In this document: positions 36,822 to 46,077 of the stretch, one piece after another
Position numbering within the stretch: position 1 is the stretch's first letter
How the letters are laid out: every line of letters starts with the position of its first letter
Translations under genes and position numbers: made by a program
Notes under the pieces: generated by a model
Told to the model about the DNA's origin: nothing
The model's input: only the letters and a program-made list of their open reading frames with translations
Database searches by the model: none
Assembly: GCA_008690995.1 (NCBI GenBank)
Contig: VRMN01000003.1
Coordinates: 2,046,001 to 2,110,000 of the forward strand
DNA length: 64,000 nt
Direction of reading: 5' to 3'
From: Porphyridium purpureum
Lineage: Eukaryota

Positions 36822-39242
36822 ATGGGGATCATGTTTGTGAGCTGGGGCTGGCATTGGGGGGTTTGTGCGCCTGGGTTGCGGGTCAATGGGCTGGATGTTG
36901 CGGCTCTGCCGCCGCCGGCGGCGTTGCGGCGGCTGCGCGAGGAGGAGAGGAACGCCGTCGCCCCGCGCCGGCCGTTGCCGACGTTCGTGCTGCGTGCGGC
37001 GCGGCGGAGTAGCGGGAATCAGCCCGCCACGGACGCGAGTAGCGATAATGTAAAGGCGGCGACAGCGACAACGCGGGCAAAGCGCAGTACAGAAGCAACT
37101 GGAAAGAAGGCGGCGACGACGAGGCGTACGAAAAAGTCCGTCGCAACAGACGCAGACGACGAGTCGCAAAGTGGCGCCGACACTCAACCGGCCGCGAAAG
37201 TCCTTTCCGAATCCGAATCGGAAGTTGTCCCAAAGACGACAAGGGCGAAGCGCAGCGCAACCAAAAAGCCGCGCGCAGTGCGAAAGGCGTCGGCAGCGCC
37301 CGTAGCGGCTGAGATCGTGACGAGCGGTCCCGAGTCGGAGGAGGATGAGGAGTTCCTCAACTTTTTATCGCGCAAGGCCGAGCTAAAGAAGGCGGGCATG
37401 CTAGATGAGGATGACGAGGAAAGTCTTCTAGCTGGCCTCGACGAACTGGATGAGCGGGACGGCATTGTGCCCGCAAGCCCCGAGGCAGAGTCTGCGCCGA
37501 AAAACCCTGGTCGGGCAAGGTCCGGCAAAGCGTCACGGCCGCCTGCGGCGGTTTCCGCTTCCGTCGAGCCCGTGAAGAAGAGGAATGGACAGCGTGTTGA
37601 TGACGCGGGTTTTGACCAGTACTTTGGGGATGGCTTGGACTTTGCACCGAGCTCGCGTGCGGGGCGCGTAATGCCAAGCACGCCTCATGACATGGATGAA
37701 ATTGATGAGCTGTTTGCGGATCACGACGAGGAGATCGACGATCCGCTTGAGAGCGCGCAGATCCTTGATGAAGACTCCTTCTCTCCGCAGGGAGCGAAAG
37801 GAGGTGCGGAGACGTTTTCGTCGCGGCGCTCTGCCAATGCCCCAGTGGATGATGAAGGCCTGTCTGACGAAGGAGATAGCCAAGGGATGAACATCGAAGC
37901 CTTGCTGGACGGCGAATTGGAGGATGACAATGATATTGTAGGGGAGGATGACTTGGACGACGATTCAATGGGCCCGATTCATCGGCGCGTGAAGCAGCGC
38001 GCGTCTGAAGTGTCGCTTTCCGAGAGCGATGAGGACGATGACCGCTTTGGGATCGGCGCATATTTTGAAGACGACAACGAGGACGAGGAGGAGTTGGACG
38101 ATGTTGAAGACGAGGACGAGCTCGGGGATGAAAGTGATTTGGATATTGGGGCCGAGCTCGATGATGAGGATGATGATATAGCGGAGGATGAAGATGCGGA
38201 ATCTACCGGGAGGTCACGTAACCTGTCATCGTATGCGTATGTGGACAATGAGTTAGATGAAGATGAAGGGGGTGAAGACGGACTAGAAGATGACATTGAC
38301 CGAGACGAGGATGATGATCGTGACGTGTCTGTGGATGAAGACGAAGAGGAGGACGATGACGAGGCCCCGGTTGTGAGCGTGTCTTCGCGACAAAGACAGA
38401 AGGCTGAATCTGGTTCCAAAATGCTCCGTGGCGCCATCGAACAAAATCTTCACGAAATGGCAGATCTGCTGGACGAAGCAGCCGCGCCGGCGGTTCCAGA
38501 TCTGGAGAAGTACAACGAGTTTGACTCGTACGAGGAGAATATGGCAGACGACCAGGATCAGCTGCGAATTCATTCTGCGGTGGGTGAAACGTGGGAAATG
38601 AACGAAGACATGTATGTGACAGTAGTTCAGGCACAGGACGTGACGGTGCGCCCAGACGAGTCGCGAAGCGACGCTCAGAATGATGCTGAGCTTCTTGCAG
38701 CGCTCCTTGCACAAAATCCGAGTGTGCCGACCAAAGGTTCGCCACAATGGTTAGCGTCCAAGATGTACGAGCTGTCCTTCTTCACGGACTACCGCGAGAA
38801 GATCCGCTGGTGCGATCGCAAGCAGGCGCCACCGCAAGCCGTTCAGGATCTATTTCCGGGCGCCACACTGCCCGCGCCGCCTAAACTCGGACGCACTGTA
38901 CTGTTCAGCGACGTACGCGCCGATGACGAGCGCGCCGCAGCAGAAAAGCGCAGCCTCGTGTTTACGGGCAATGAGTATTCAGATGACGAAGTTTATGAGC
39001 AGGACACTGAAGACGAGGATCAGGTTCTGCTCGGGGATGAAGAGGACGAAGACGAGTATGTTAGCAGCGCTTCAAATGCCCATGCAGAGTCGGACTCTCA
39101 GATCGACGAAGATTACTCCGGCGACGAAGGACGCGAAGGCGAAGATGGCGACTTTGATGATGAGGATGAGGAGGAGTACTTTGATCTGGAGGAGATTGAG
39201 GAAGACCTGGAGGTCCAGCAGCGTACGGCGCGGCGCCGGTAA
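36822..39242 (+). CDS. Very acidic, largely disordered protein with putative plastid transit peptide
   Basis: Long ORF. MFVSWG-type start, basic Lys/Arg/Thr segment, long D/E tracts and a small ordered C-terminal segment. Start uncertain. Confidence 0.7.
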   Translation: MGIMFVSWGWHWGVCAPGLRVNGLDVAALPPPAALRRLREEERNAVAPRRPLPTFVLRAARRSSGNQPATDASSDNVKAATATTRAKRSTEATGKKAATTRRTKKSVATDADDESQSGADTQPAAKVLSESESEVVPKTTRAKRSATKKPRAVRKASAAPVAAEIVTSGPESEEDEEFLNFLSRKAELKKAGMLDEDDEESLLAGLDELDERDGIVPASPEAESAPKNPGRARSGKASRPPAAVSASVEPVKKRNGQRVDDAGFDQYFGDGLDFAPSSRAGRVMPSTPHDMDEIDELFADHDEEIDDPLESAQILDEDSFSPQGAKGGAETFSSRRSANAPVDDEGLSDEGDSQGMNIEALLDGELEDDNDIVGEDDLDDDSMGPIHRRVKQRASEVSLSESDEDDDRFGIGAYFEDDNEDEEELDDVEDEDELGDESDLDIGAELDDEDDDIAEDEDAESTGRSRNLSSYAYVDNELDEDEGGEDGLEDDIDRDEDDDRDVSVDEDEEEDDDEAPVVSVSSRQRQKAESGSKMLRGAIEQNLHEMADLLDEAAAPAVPDLEKYNEFDSYEENMADDQDQLRIHSAVGETWEMNEDMYVTVVQAQDVTVRPDESRSDAQNDAELLAALLAQNPSVPTKGSPQWLASKMYELSFFTDYREKIRWCDRKQAPPQAVQDLFPGATLPAPPKLGRTVLFSDVRADDERAAAEKRSLVFTGNEYSDDEVYEQDTEDEDQVLLGDEEDEDEYVSSASNAHAESDSQIDEDYSGDEGREGEDGDFDDEDEEEYFDLEEIEEDLEVQQRTARRR

Positions 39243-39426
39243 TTAATTAAAGAACAGATCGTACGCATGCACAAAGGGAAGAGGGGGAAAATGTGCGAAC
39301 GACACTTTCGGCCCAGCGTAAACCTTTTAACGCATGCCATCTCAATGTCTATCGATCAGAAAACACAGCGCAAAACGGAAACCTGTGTCGCCATCAAAAC
39401 AAGGTGAGAGAGGTTGGGCCTATGGA

Positions 39427-41556
39427 ATGGACGCAGCAGGCTTAGCCCTGGTGCAGAACGAGCTGCTGACGGAGCACGGATTAGACGCGCTGATTATCCC
39501 GCACGGAGACGCACACGCAAGCGAATACACCGCGCCGTGCTTTGAACGGCTGCACTTTGCGAGCGGCTTCAGCGGCTCTGCTGGCACGGGCCTGATCACG
39601 CGCGAAGCTGCGCTGCTTTGGACAGACGCCCGCTACTTTCTGCAGGCCACCCAGCAGCTCCGGGCGCCATGGAAACTCATGCGGATGCCGTTCCGGGCCG
39701 CCGCTGAGCCGCAGGCTGCGCTAAAGTCCGAAACCAAGCCCAAAGGTGTTTCTGCAGACGCAGACTCTGAGGCACGCGAAGCCGACATGACGATGCAAGA
39801 GTATATCGCGACCGCACTACCGGCTGACGCCAAGGTCGGCGTGGACGGTTGGCTTTACACTGAGCGACAGGCCAAGCAGCTGATCGACGCGAATGTTTGC
39901 TTGGTGCCGCTGTCTGGACCTAACCTGGTGGATGTTGTGTGGGAACGTTTCAGCGGAAAGCATTGTGCTCGCCCAGACACGCCATGCCACGCGGTGCGTC
40001 TCCATGAACTGCAATGGAGTGGAGCACCAAGCGAGCACAAGCTGGCGCTGATCCGCGAGCACATTCGTACGCAGAGCACCGAGCGCAGCTCATTGTTGGT
40101 CTCCGCACTGGACGAAGTGGCATGGGTGCTCAATATTCGTGGAGAAGACGTGCCACATACGCCTGTGGCATTGGCCTACTTGTGGATACGGCCGCACGAT
40201 TGCGTGCTGTACATTCACGCCAACGCCACCGCCTCGCAGAGTGTACGAGACTATTTAGACAGCCTGAATGTGCGCGTTGCCGCGTACGATTCTCGCGCAC
40301 TGCTAGAAGATATAAGTGGCGTGGCCCCTGCGACTGTGAGCGCACCTGCACGTATTCCTGCTGCTGATGCTCTGGTTGCTTCTCCTGAATGTTTGGATCC
40401 GCGCACGGGCACTGGAATGGCATCCACGAGTTCTGGACCCATGTGCACGTGCTCTCAAAAGGTGTGGATGGATCCAGACACCACGTCAATGCTTCTAACG
40501 CAAACAAGCGCGTCATCACTCCACCAGAGTCCCATTCCGATGATGAAGGCGGTCAAGAATCGTGCGGAACTAAACGGCTTGCGCTCGGCGCATGTCAAAG
40601 ACGCAGTGGCCATGGTGAGGCTTCTGCACTGGCTGGAGCATGGTGCCTTGCAGGGTGTGTTTCCAACCGAATGCGATATTGCAGAGAAGGCGCTCGAGTT
40701 TCGTGCACAGCAACCGGGCTTCCTGGACATTTCTTTCGGCACCATTTGCGCCGTGGGCGCCAACGCGGCGATTATTCACTACCAGCCCGAGCGCGGCGAA
40801 GCCTTGTACTGCAGTAATGCGCGTACAAGCGCAGAGGAACTTGTACTGATTGACTCTGGCGGGCAGTATCTTGAAGGGACGACAGATGTGACGCGCACAA
40901 TACAGCTTGGAGGCGCTGCGTCGCGTCATGTGCGCGAATGCTTCACGCGCGTTCTGCAAGGGCACATTCAGATGGAAACCTTGGTGTTTCCCGCAGGGAC
41001 TTTGGGAGCGGTTCTGGATGCGTCGGCACGAGCACAGCTCTGGCGAGCTGGACTGGATTACCGGCACGGCACAGGTCATGGTGTTGGCGCCGCGCTTTGC
41101 GTGCATGAAGGACCGCAGACCATTTCTAGCCGCGTGGGTACAGCGCCTGTCGGTATTGTGGAAGGCATGTGCGTCAGTAATGAACCGGGATACTACGAAG
41201 AGGGCAAGTTTGGTGTCCGCATTGAAAGCGTCGTCGTTGCTGTGCGTGCCAACACTGCTCACCAGTTTGGCTCCACGCCTTATATCACCTTTGAGAACAT
41301 AACGCACGTACCCATTCAGCAAAGCTTGCTCGAACTCAGCTTGATGAGCCAGTCCGAGCTTGACTGGCTGAACGACTACCACATGCGCATCTGGCATAAA
41401 TTGCGCCACGCGTGGCCATGGACTGATGATGAGCTGCGCTGGCTTGAAGACGCCACACGCGCGATTTCAAAGTCGGACGCCAGCACAGGTACTGGAAAGG
41501 CCGACGAACAAGAGGCCTCAACGACACGCGCGAAGCGGGCGCGCGTCAACCCTTGA
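39427..41556 (+). CDS. Xaa-Pro aminopeptidase P (M24B, XPNPEP1-like)
   Basis: DAHASEY, SGFSGSAG, LWTDARYF, IDSGGQYLEGTTDVTRT, HGTGHGVG, VHEGP, SNEPGYY, GVRIE. Confidence 0.95.
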   Translation: MDAAGLALVQNELLTEHGLDALIIPHGDAHASEYTAPCFERLHFASGFSGSAGTGLITREAALLWTDARYFLQATQQLRAPWKLMRMPFRAAAEPQAALKSETKPKGVSADADSEAREADMTMQEYIATALPADAKVGVDGWLYTERQAKQLIDANVCLVPLSGPNLVDVVWERFSGKHCARPDTPCHAVRLHELQWSGAPSEHKLALIREHIRTQSTERSSLLVSALDEVAWVLNIRGEDVPHTPVALAYLWIRPHDCVLYIHANATASQSVRDYLDSLNVRVAAYDSRALLEDISGVAPATVSAPARIPAADALVASPECLDPRTGTGMASTSSGPMCTCSQKVWMDPDTTSMLLTQTSASSLHQSPIPMMKAVKNRAELNGLRSAHVKDAVAMVRLLHWLEHGALQGVFPTECDIAEKALEFRAQQPGFLDISFGTICAVGANAAIIHYQPERGEALYCSNARTSAEELVLIDSGGQYLEGTTDVTRTIQLGGAASRHVRECFTRVLQGHIQMETLVFPAGTLGAVLDASARAQLWRAGLDYRHGTGHGVGAALCVHEGPQTISSRVGTAPVGIVEGMCVSNEPGYYEEGKFGVRIESVVVAVRANTAHQFGSTPYITFENITHVPIQQSLLELSLMSQSELDWLNDYHMRIWHKLRHAWPWTDDELRWLEDATRAISKSDASTGTGKADEQEASTTRAKRARVNP

Positions 41557-41592
41557 AATAATACGCTTTCTATTTATTTGTGCTTGCTGTTC

Positions 41593-42945
41593 TCATTCGA
41601 TGGGTTCCTTCGAGTTGGGGTAGTGTTGCGGAGGAGGTGGGTGCGGGTAAGCTTTGATACGGAGGAGCCACAGTGCGATGTTACTGAGCACGGTTATGGC
41701 AGCCGCAGCACATAGCAAGACCAACAGTGATTTCATCGAAATCTTGTCAAGGAAAGAATTAATGACGTCCGCCACGGTTTCAGCCGACAGCCGCGTAACG
41801 AGCGCGAGCGACTTGGCATCGCGTTCGGCGCATTTGGCCCACGCTTCACATTGTTGCTTCATGTACGGGATATACGGGGAAATATCTACGCACCGATTGA
41901 GCTCAAAGTCTGCCTTACAGCTCCCAATTGCCAGCTCGTTCGCTTCGATCTCTGCGCTGAGTTTCCGCAAAACGTCACTGCGCACGCTCCACACAAAAGT
42001 GCCCATCACGTATAGTACGAGCATCGCCAGACACGCATTGAAAAGAATCTGCAGCACCGATGCCACCACGTACGGGATATAGTACATGCGCTGCACCACG
42101 TCACTAGAGTGCGCAGTGTACCGAACCGCGGTGCGGATGTGAGGCTCACGCTCGTCCTCCCACTCACTGCTCGATGATTCTGCCAGGTCGCGCCCGCCAG
42201 CAGAATAACGCCTTCTGCGGGAGACGGAGCCACCCCTCCGGGCGCGCTGTTCCAGTCGGGTCTCCCAAGGCGCGGCGAAGCGCGTGCGACTTGCATGCGA
42301 GGCGTAGGGTGCCGGGGCGCCACCTACGTATACGACGCGCGTACGCGCCCCAACAACATAGCGAACGGGTGTATGATGGGTGTGTGGCGCCGCTGGAGGT
42401 CTTGATGACGCTTCGTGCACGCTCTGTGTGCTCTGGCCGGCAGCCCACCGATTCAGCGCCACGCCGGGAGTCACAATTGACTCTGCATCATGGCTCTCTC
42501 GATGACATTCGTGCTTCTCCGACGGCCCCGCTTGCGTGTGCGACATGAACAAAGAATTTTTATCCTCCCAACGCGCTTTCACTTCCGTTCGTCCAGCCGA
42601 AGCACCCGGGTGGACGACATGAGAAGAGTCCATTCGAAGCGTGGGTTCCGCGCCTCCATACCTTACGCGCCGATGGGACATGGGACTGGCATGGGTGCTG
42701 AACGCCTGGGCAGCTTCTCGGACCTGCGGTGCACCGCTCAGAATCGAATACTCGCTGGCGTGCTCACGACTATGCGTGTACGGAACCACGCAAAGCTGCT
42801 GCTCGCGCCGAAAATCGCCGGCGCTCCAAGGCGAACCATTTGCGCCCACGCCGCGCACGTCTGAGTCCGGGTGCGCGTCCGCTTCCAGTCCAGCTTTATT
42901 TTCGTGTTCGTGCTCGGAACATGACAAAGGCGCCGCGACCCTCAT
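41593..42945 (-). CDS. Brr6/Brl1-family nuclear envelope protein
   Basis: Two TM segments flank a four-Cys lumenal domain (CKADFELNRC...CEAWAKC), followed by SAETVADVINSFLDKISMKS; disordered N-terminus. Confidence 0.82.
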   Translation of the reverse strand: MRVAAPLSCSEHEHENKAGLEADAHPDSDVRGVGANGSPWSAGDFRREQQLCVVPYTHSREHASEYSILSGAPQVREAAQAFSTHASPMSHRRVRYGGAEPTLRMDSSHVVHPGASAGRTEVKARWEDKNSLFMSHTQAGPSEKHECHRESHDAESIVTPGVALNRWAAGQSTQSVHEASSRPPAAPHTHHTPVRYVVGARTRVVYVGGAPAPYASHASRTRFAAPWETRLEQRARRGGSVSRRRRYSAGGRDLAESSSSEWEDEREPHIRTAVRYTAHSSDVVQRMYYIPYVVASVLQILFNACLAMLVLYVMGTFVWSVRSDVLRKLSAEIEANELAIGSCKADFELNRCVDISPYIPYMKQQCEAWAKCAERDAKSLALVTRLSAETVADVINSFLDKISMKSLLVLLCAAAAITVLSNIALWLLRIKAYPHPPPPQHYPNSKEPIE

Positions 42946-43592
42946 CACTTCCTCACGTCCTTTGCTCCTTCCAATCCCTGCGCCACTACGCCACTCTGCC
43001 ACACCTGAGGTCGTCACAACGTGTGTCGATGTTGAAAGACTTGCTCGAGTCGTCTTCCCTTTCCAGAGTAGGGTTAGTCGATATCCGATAAACCATTAAA
43101 CCGATAGGGTTGGTCCTTCACGCTCCTCACAAAGAACGCGCGTTTTTTGCAATGGATTTTGATCGCGTTGGTAGTTTCCGACAAACTGTAAAATTCGGCG
43201 AATTTTACATGGTGTTCTGCGAGCGGTTTATCGGCTGATCGGTTTATGCGAGAATGCCTATCGAAATAGTCGGCTTTTGTTGGAATATTCTTCTATGAAA
43301 GTAAGGGGTTTTTGATTGTACACTTCGCGCCACTTGTCGGATCGGATGTTCTCAGGTTTTCAGGCAAGTGAGTCCCGGAGGACGTGTGACATTGAACTTG
43401 CCAGATGGAGTGACGACGCGACAAGGTGTACTATTCTGCATGTCGCTGCGGCACAGCGGTGCAAACAGTCGAGTGGCTTCCTGACCCCGCTCAAGATCGG
43501 GCAGTCAGGAACGGGTTGGTGGAATGGACGAAAGGGGCCGCGCATTGGTTGTTTTTTTTCTGTTTTCCTGTCGTGGAGAAGGTGATACGGCA

Positions 43593-44234
43593 TTACAATT
43601 TTTCGAGCGACTCGAGGTCAGGGATCTGCATGGCGTTCATATCAATAGTGCCTAGTTTTTGGCGGAGCGAATTCATCTGGCTTTCGAGTTTCTCGAGCTT
43701 TTCCTGCTTCATATTCCTCAGGTACCGGTCTCGCTCTCGCTGCCGCGTCTCGCGGCGCGCGCGAAGTTCGGCTTCTAGCTCTTCTTCCGTGAGAAAGCCG
43801 GTACTACCTGGCGCACCCAGAAACACAGACTTCCTCTTCCTTGATCTCGAGTCACCCCGGTCACCGTCGCCGAGAATGTCGTCATTCTCCAACTCTTGCT
43901 TGCGGGCGATACGCTGCTGTCGGCGCCGCGCCAATCGGCGCTCCTGCTCCTCCCTGATCCGTCGACGCCTCTCGCGAAAGACTTCAATACGCGCCGAGAC
44001 TGCATCGACGACGGGCGCAAACACCGCAGACAGTCTCGCAACGACGCTCTTCACTGACGCAAACCCAGCGAGCGCCGTCATTACCACATCGCTTCTCGTG
44101 TATGAGCGACGCTGCACCGTCTGGCTCCCCGCGTCACTTCTCACATCGCGCTCGGCCGCAACTTTTTCAGCCGTCTCTCGCAGACCGTATCCACTCTCCA
44201 GATCTTCCTCCTCCATCCTCTCTTCTTCCCTCAT
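43593..44234 (-). CDS. Hypothetical coiled-coil protein
   Basis: 213-aa ATG ORF with E/R-rich helical character. Confidence 0.6.
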   Translation of the reverse strand: MREEERMEEEDLESGYGLRETAEKVAAERDVRSDAGSQTVQRRSYTRSDVVMTALAGFASVKSVVARLSAVFAPVVDAVSARIEVFRERRRRIREEQERRLARRRQQRIARKQELENDDILGDGDRGDSRSRKRKSVFLGAPGSTGFLTEEELEAELRARRETRQRERDRYLRNMKQEKLEKLESQMNSLRQKLGTIDMNAMQIPDLESLEKL

Positions 44235-44378
44235 GGCTCGTCACACCGCTCGGGGCCTTGCGCCCTTCCGCCGCTCTGTCACGCACCTGCCGCGACCGAC
44301 ACGGATTTTTAAATTTGAAACCTTGGCGCCAACATTTGCGTAGCGGAAGGATTGGGAGGCAGAACATCGCCGCCACCC

Positions 44379-45143
44379 ATGAAGATGGCGGCGCCAAACT
44401 CACAGCTGGCCGGGCTCTATGCCATGAGTACCGTTGCGATACTATCGGCATGTTTGTTTGTGTACCCGCGCGGTCCGGACGGCGCCGACGCCGTTTTTGA
44501 CGCCGAACGCTCCGCGGCCTGGCTTGGCGTCGTGGCGCCAGGTCTCATGCGCGACTATGTCGCGGCGTGGGTGGCGATTGCGGCGCTCACAGGTATGCGT
44601 ATGGTGCTGGTAGGGACCTCGTTTGCGTCCGTCGCGATGCCGAGTGCAACTCGGATGCTGTACGAAGGCGGCGCTCTCTTTAGTTCGGCGGTTCTGGCAC
44701 TTGTGCGCGTCGTGATCTGCGAGACCCCGCACGATCTTGTGGCCAAGGGACGTGCGGCCGAGCCCATCTCGCGAGAGTGGCTTCTGGCTGCCTTGTCGCT
44801 GAACGTTTTTGCGACGTGGCTGTTTCAATTTTCGGTTTTACGCAGCAGCAGGGGGCAAAGCAGCGCCGCTACCCTGTCGGCTCAGCACGACTCGTCGCTC
44901 AGATACTCTCCCGGCACCATTCGACACGTAGCGTACCATGCCGCGTCGCTTGCGCTGGACGCGACAAACATAATGGCCGTGAATCCGGCGTGGTGGCCGA
45001 TGTGGGAGACTCAACTGGCCCCACTGTTTCCGTATCTGCTTGCCATCCGCGTCGCGTTTGACGCCGAGCGCCTTGTGCGCGGCACGATGTGGCTGGCTCT
45101 GTTGGATGCGGGTGATGGGAGCAGCAAATCGCAAAGCAAGTAA
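44379..45143 (+). CDS. Hypothetical multi-pass membrane protein
   Basis: About 254 aa with several hydrophobic helices; divergent from the 44234 gene. Confidence 0.6.
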   Translation: MKMAAPNSQLAGLYAMSTVAILSACLFVYPRGPDGADAVFDAERSAAWLGVVAPGLMRDYVAAWVAIAALTGMRMVLVGTSFASVAMPSATRMLYEGGALFSSAVLALVRVVICETPHDLVAKGRAAEPISREWLLAALSLNVFATWLFQFSVLRSSRGQSSAATLSAQHDSSLRYSPGTIRHVAYHAASLALDATNIMAVNPAWWPMWETQLAPLFPYLLAIRVAFDAERLVRGTMWLALLDAGDGSSKSQSK

Positions 45144-45219
45144 ACCGAACTTCCCTACCGCGGGCGGCAGCTTCTACACACACATCCTCATCAAGCCAAA
45201 AATTCTTGCCATGGGAGGC

Positions 45220-45224
45220 AAAAA
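45220..45224 (-). terminator. Pol III T5 terminator of permuted tRNA-Lys
   Basis: TTTTT 9 nt after the end of the 5' part. Confidence 0.7.
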
Positions 45225-45233
45225 GTTTTGCCA

Positions 45234-45334
45234 CTCGAACCCACGACCACCAGATTAAAAGTCTGGCGCTCTGACCAACTGAGCTAGGCAGGCATGAGGA
45301 ATCCGATGTGCTCGGTTTCTTACCCACCGTGGGG
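45234..45334 (-). tRNA. tRNA-Lys(UUU): Circularly permuted tRNA-Lys(UUU): 3' part (nt 60-73) at 45334-45321, 27-nt spacer, 5' part (nt 1-59) at 45293-45234
   Basis: The 5' part GCCTGCCTAGCTCAGTTGGTCAGAGCGCCAGACTTTTAATCTGGTGGTCGTGGGTTCGAG is not followed by a T-stem/acceptor 3' strand. The missing CCCCACGGTGGGTA lies upstream and completes the T-stem (GTGGG/CCCAC) and the acceptor stem. Confidence 0.92.
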
Positions 45335-45371
45335 ATTTCGTAAAATTAGGGTGAGTAGAGGAAAACTTAAA

Positions 45372-45381
45372 ATATATATAT
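45372..45381 (-). promoter_or_regulatory. TATA box upstream of permuted tRNA-Lys
   Basis: ATATATATAT in a GC-rich genome, about 40 nt upstream of the 3' part. Confidence 0.65.
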
Positions 45382-46077
45382 TTTGTATGTGGTTCAGGAG
45401 AACGTGGTTGGGAGGTACAGTGAACCCTGTGTTTTACGCCAAGGCATGAAAAACGGCTTGGTCCACGTGTGAAACGCACGCCAAGGGGAAGAGCGCGGCG
45501 AGTATGCCGGTGACGACAATGATAACGTTGTGCGCCTCGGCAGGCCTGCTTGTCGAAAAAATCCATCGCTGATCGGGTCCGTGTCTTTCTCTCCCAGAAT
45601 TTACCGTACACGTACAGAAAGATAAGCGTACAATTTTCATCGCACATCGCATGCGAATGTCATGAGAACCAGATGCGTCGACCAGTGCGCCGATGCCGTG
45701 TGCTATGTCACATGCCCATTGGCCTTATCCATATCCTCGGTCAGAGGCTCAAAGCTATGCTTGTCACGCTGTTCACCTTGCTTTCACACGCAATGAACGC
45801 GCGGTCCATGCTTGTCATAAACGAACCGTTTCCGTTCCATACAAGGTAGAAAAAATCAATGTGGGCACGTGCATCTGTTCTTTCATGCCATTCGTTTAGA
45901 TTCACGTGCAAGAAGTTGTGGATTATTGCTTGGTACTTCATCACGACAGAATCCACTCCAGACACTCAGCACTGAGCTTTGCAGCATTCAGCACGGGCGT
46001 TTCTCTAATGATATGTCTCATCTATACAGCCTTCTCGTTCACTCTTCCTGCGCATCGCCATTTCTATCCTGACGGCA

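Noticed and set aside
43320..43560. Hairpin TTCCTGAC/GTCAGGAA followed by a T8 run, a possible Pol III ncRNA
   Set aside because: No SRP, U3, MRP or snRNA motifs found; the T-run fits an A-rich 3' UTR of the minus-strand gene ending at 43593.
45400..46070. Short ORFs between tRNA-Lys and the ankyrin gene, a possible transposon relic
   Set aside because: No transposase or RT motifs and no terminal repeats seen.
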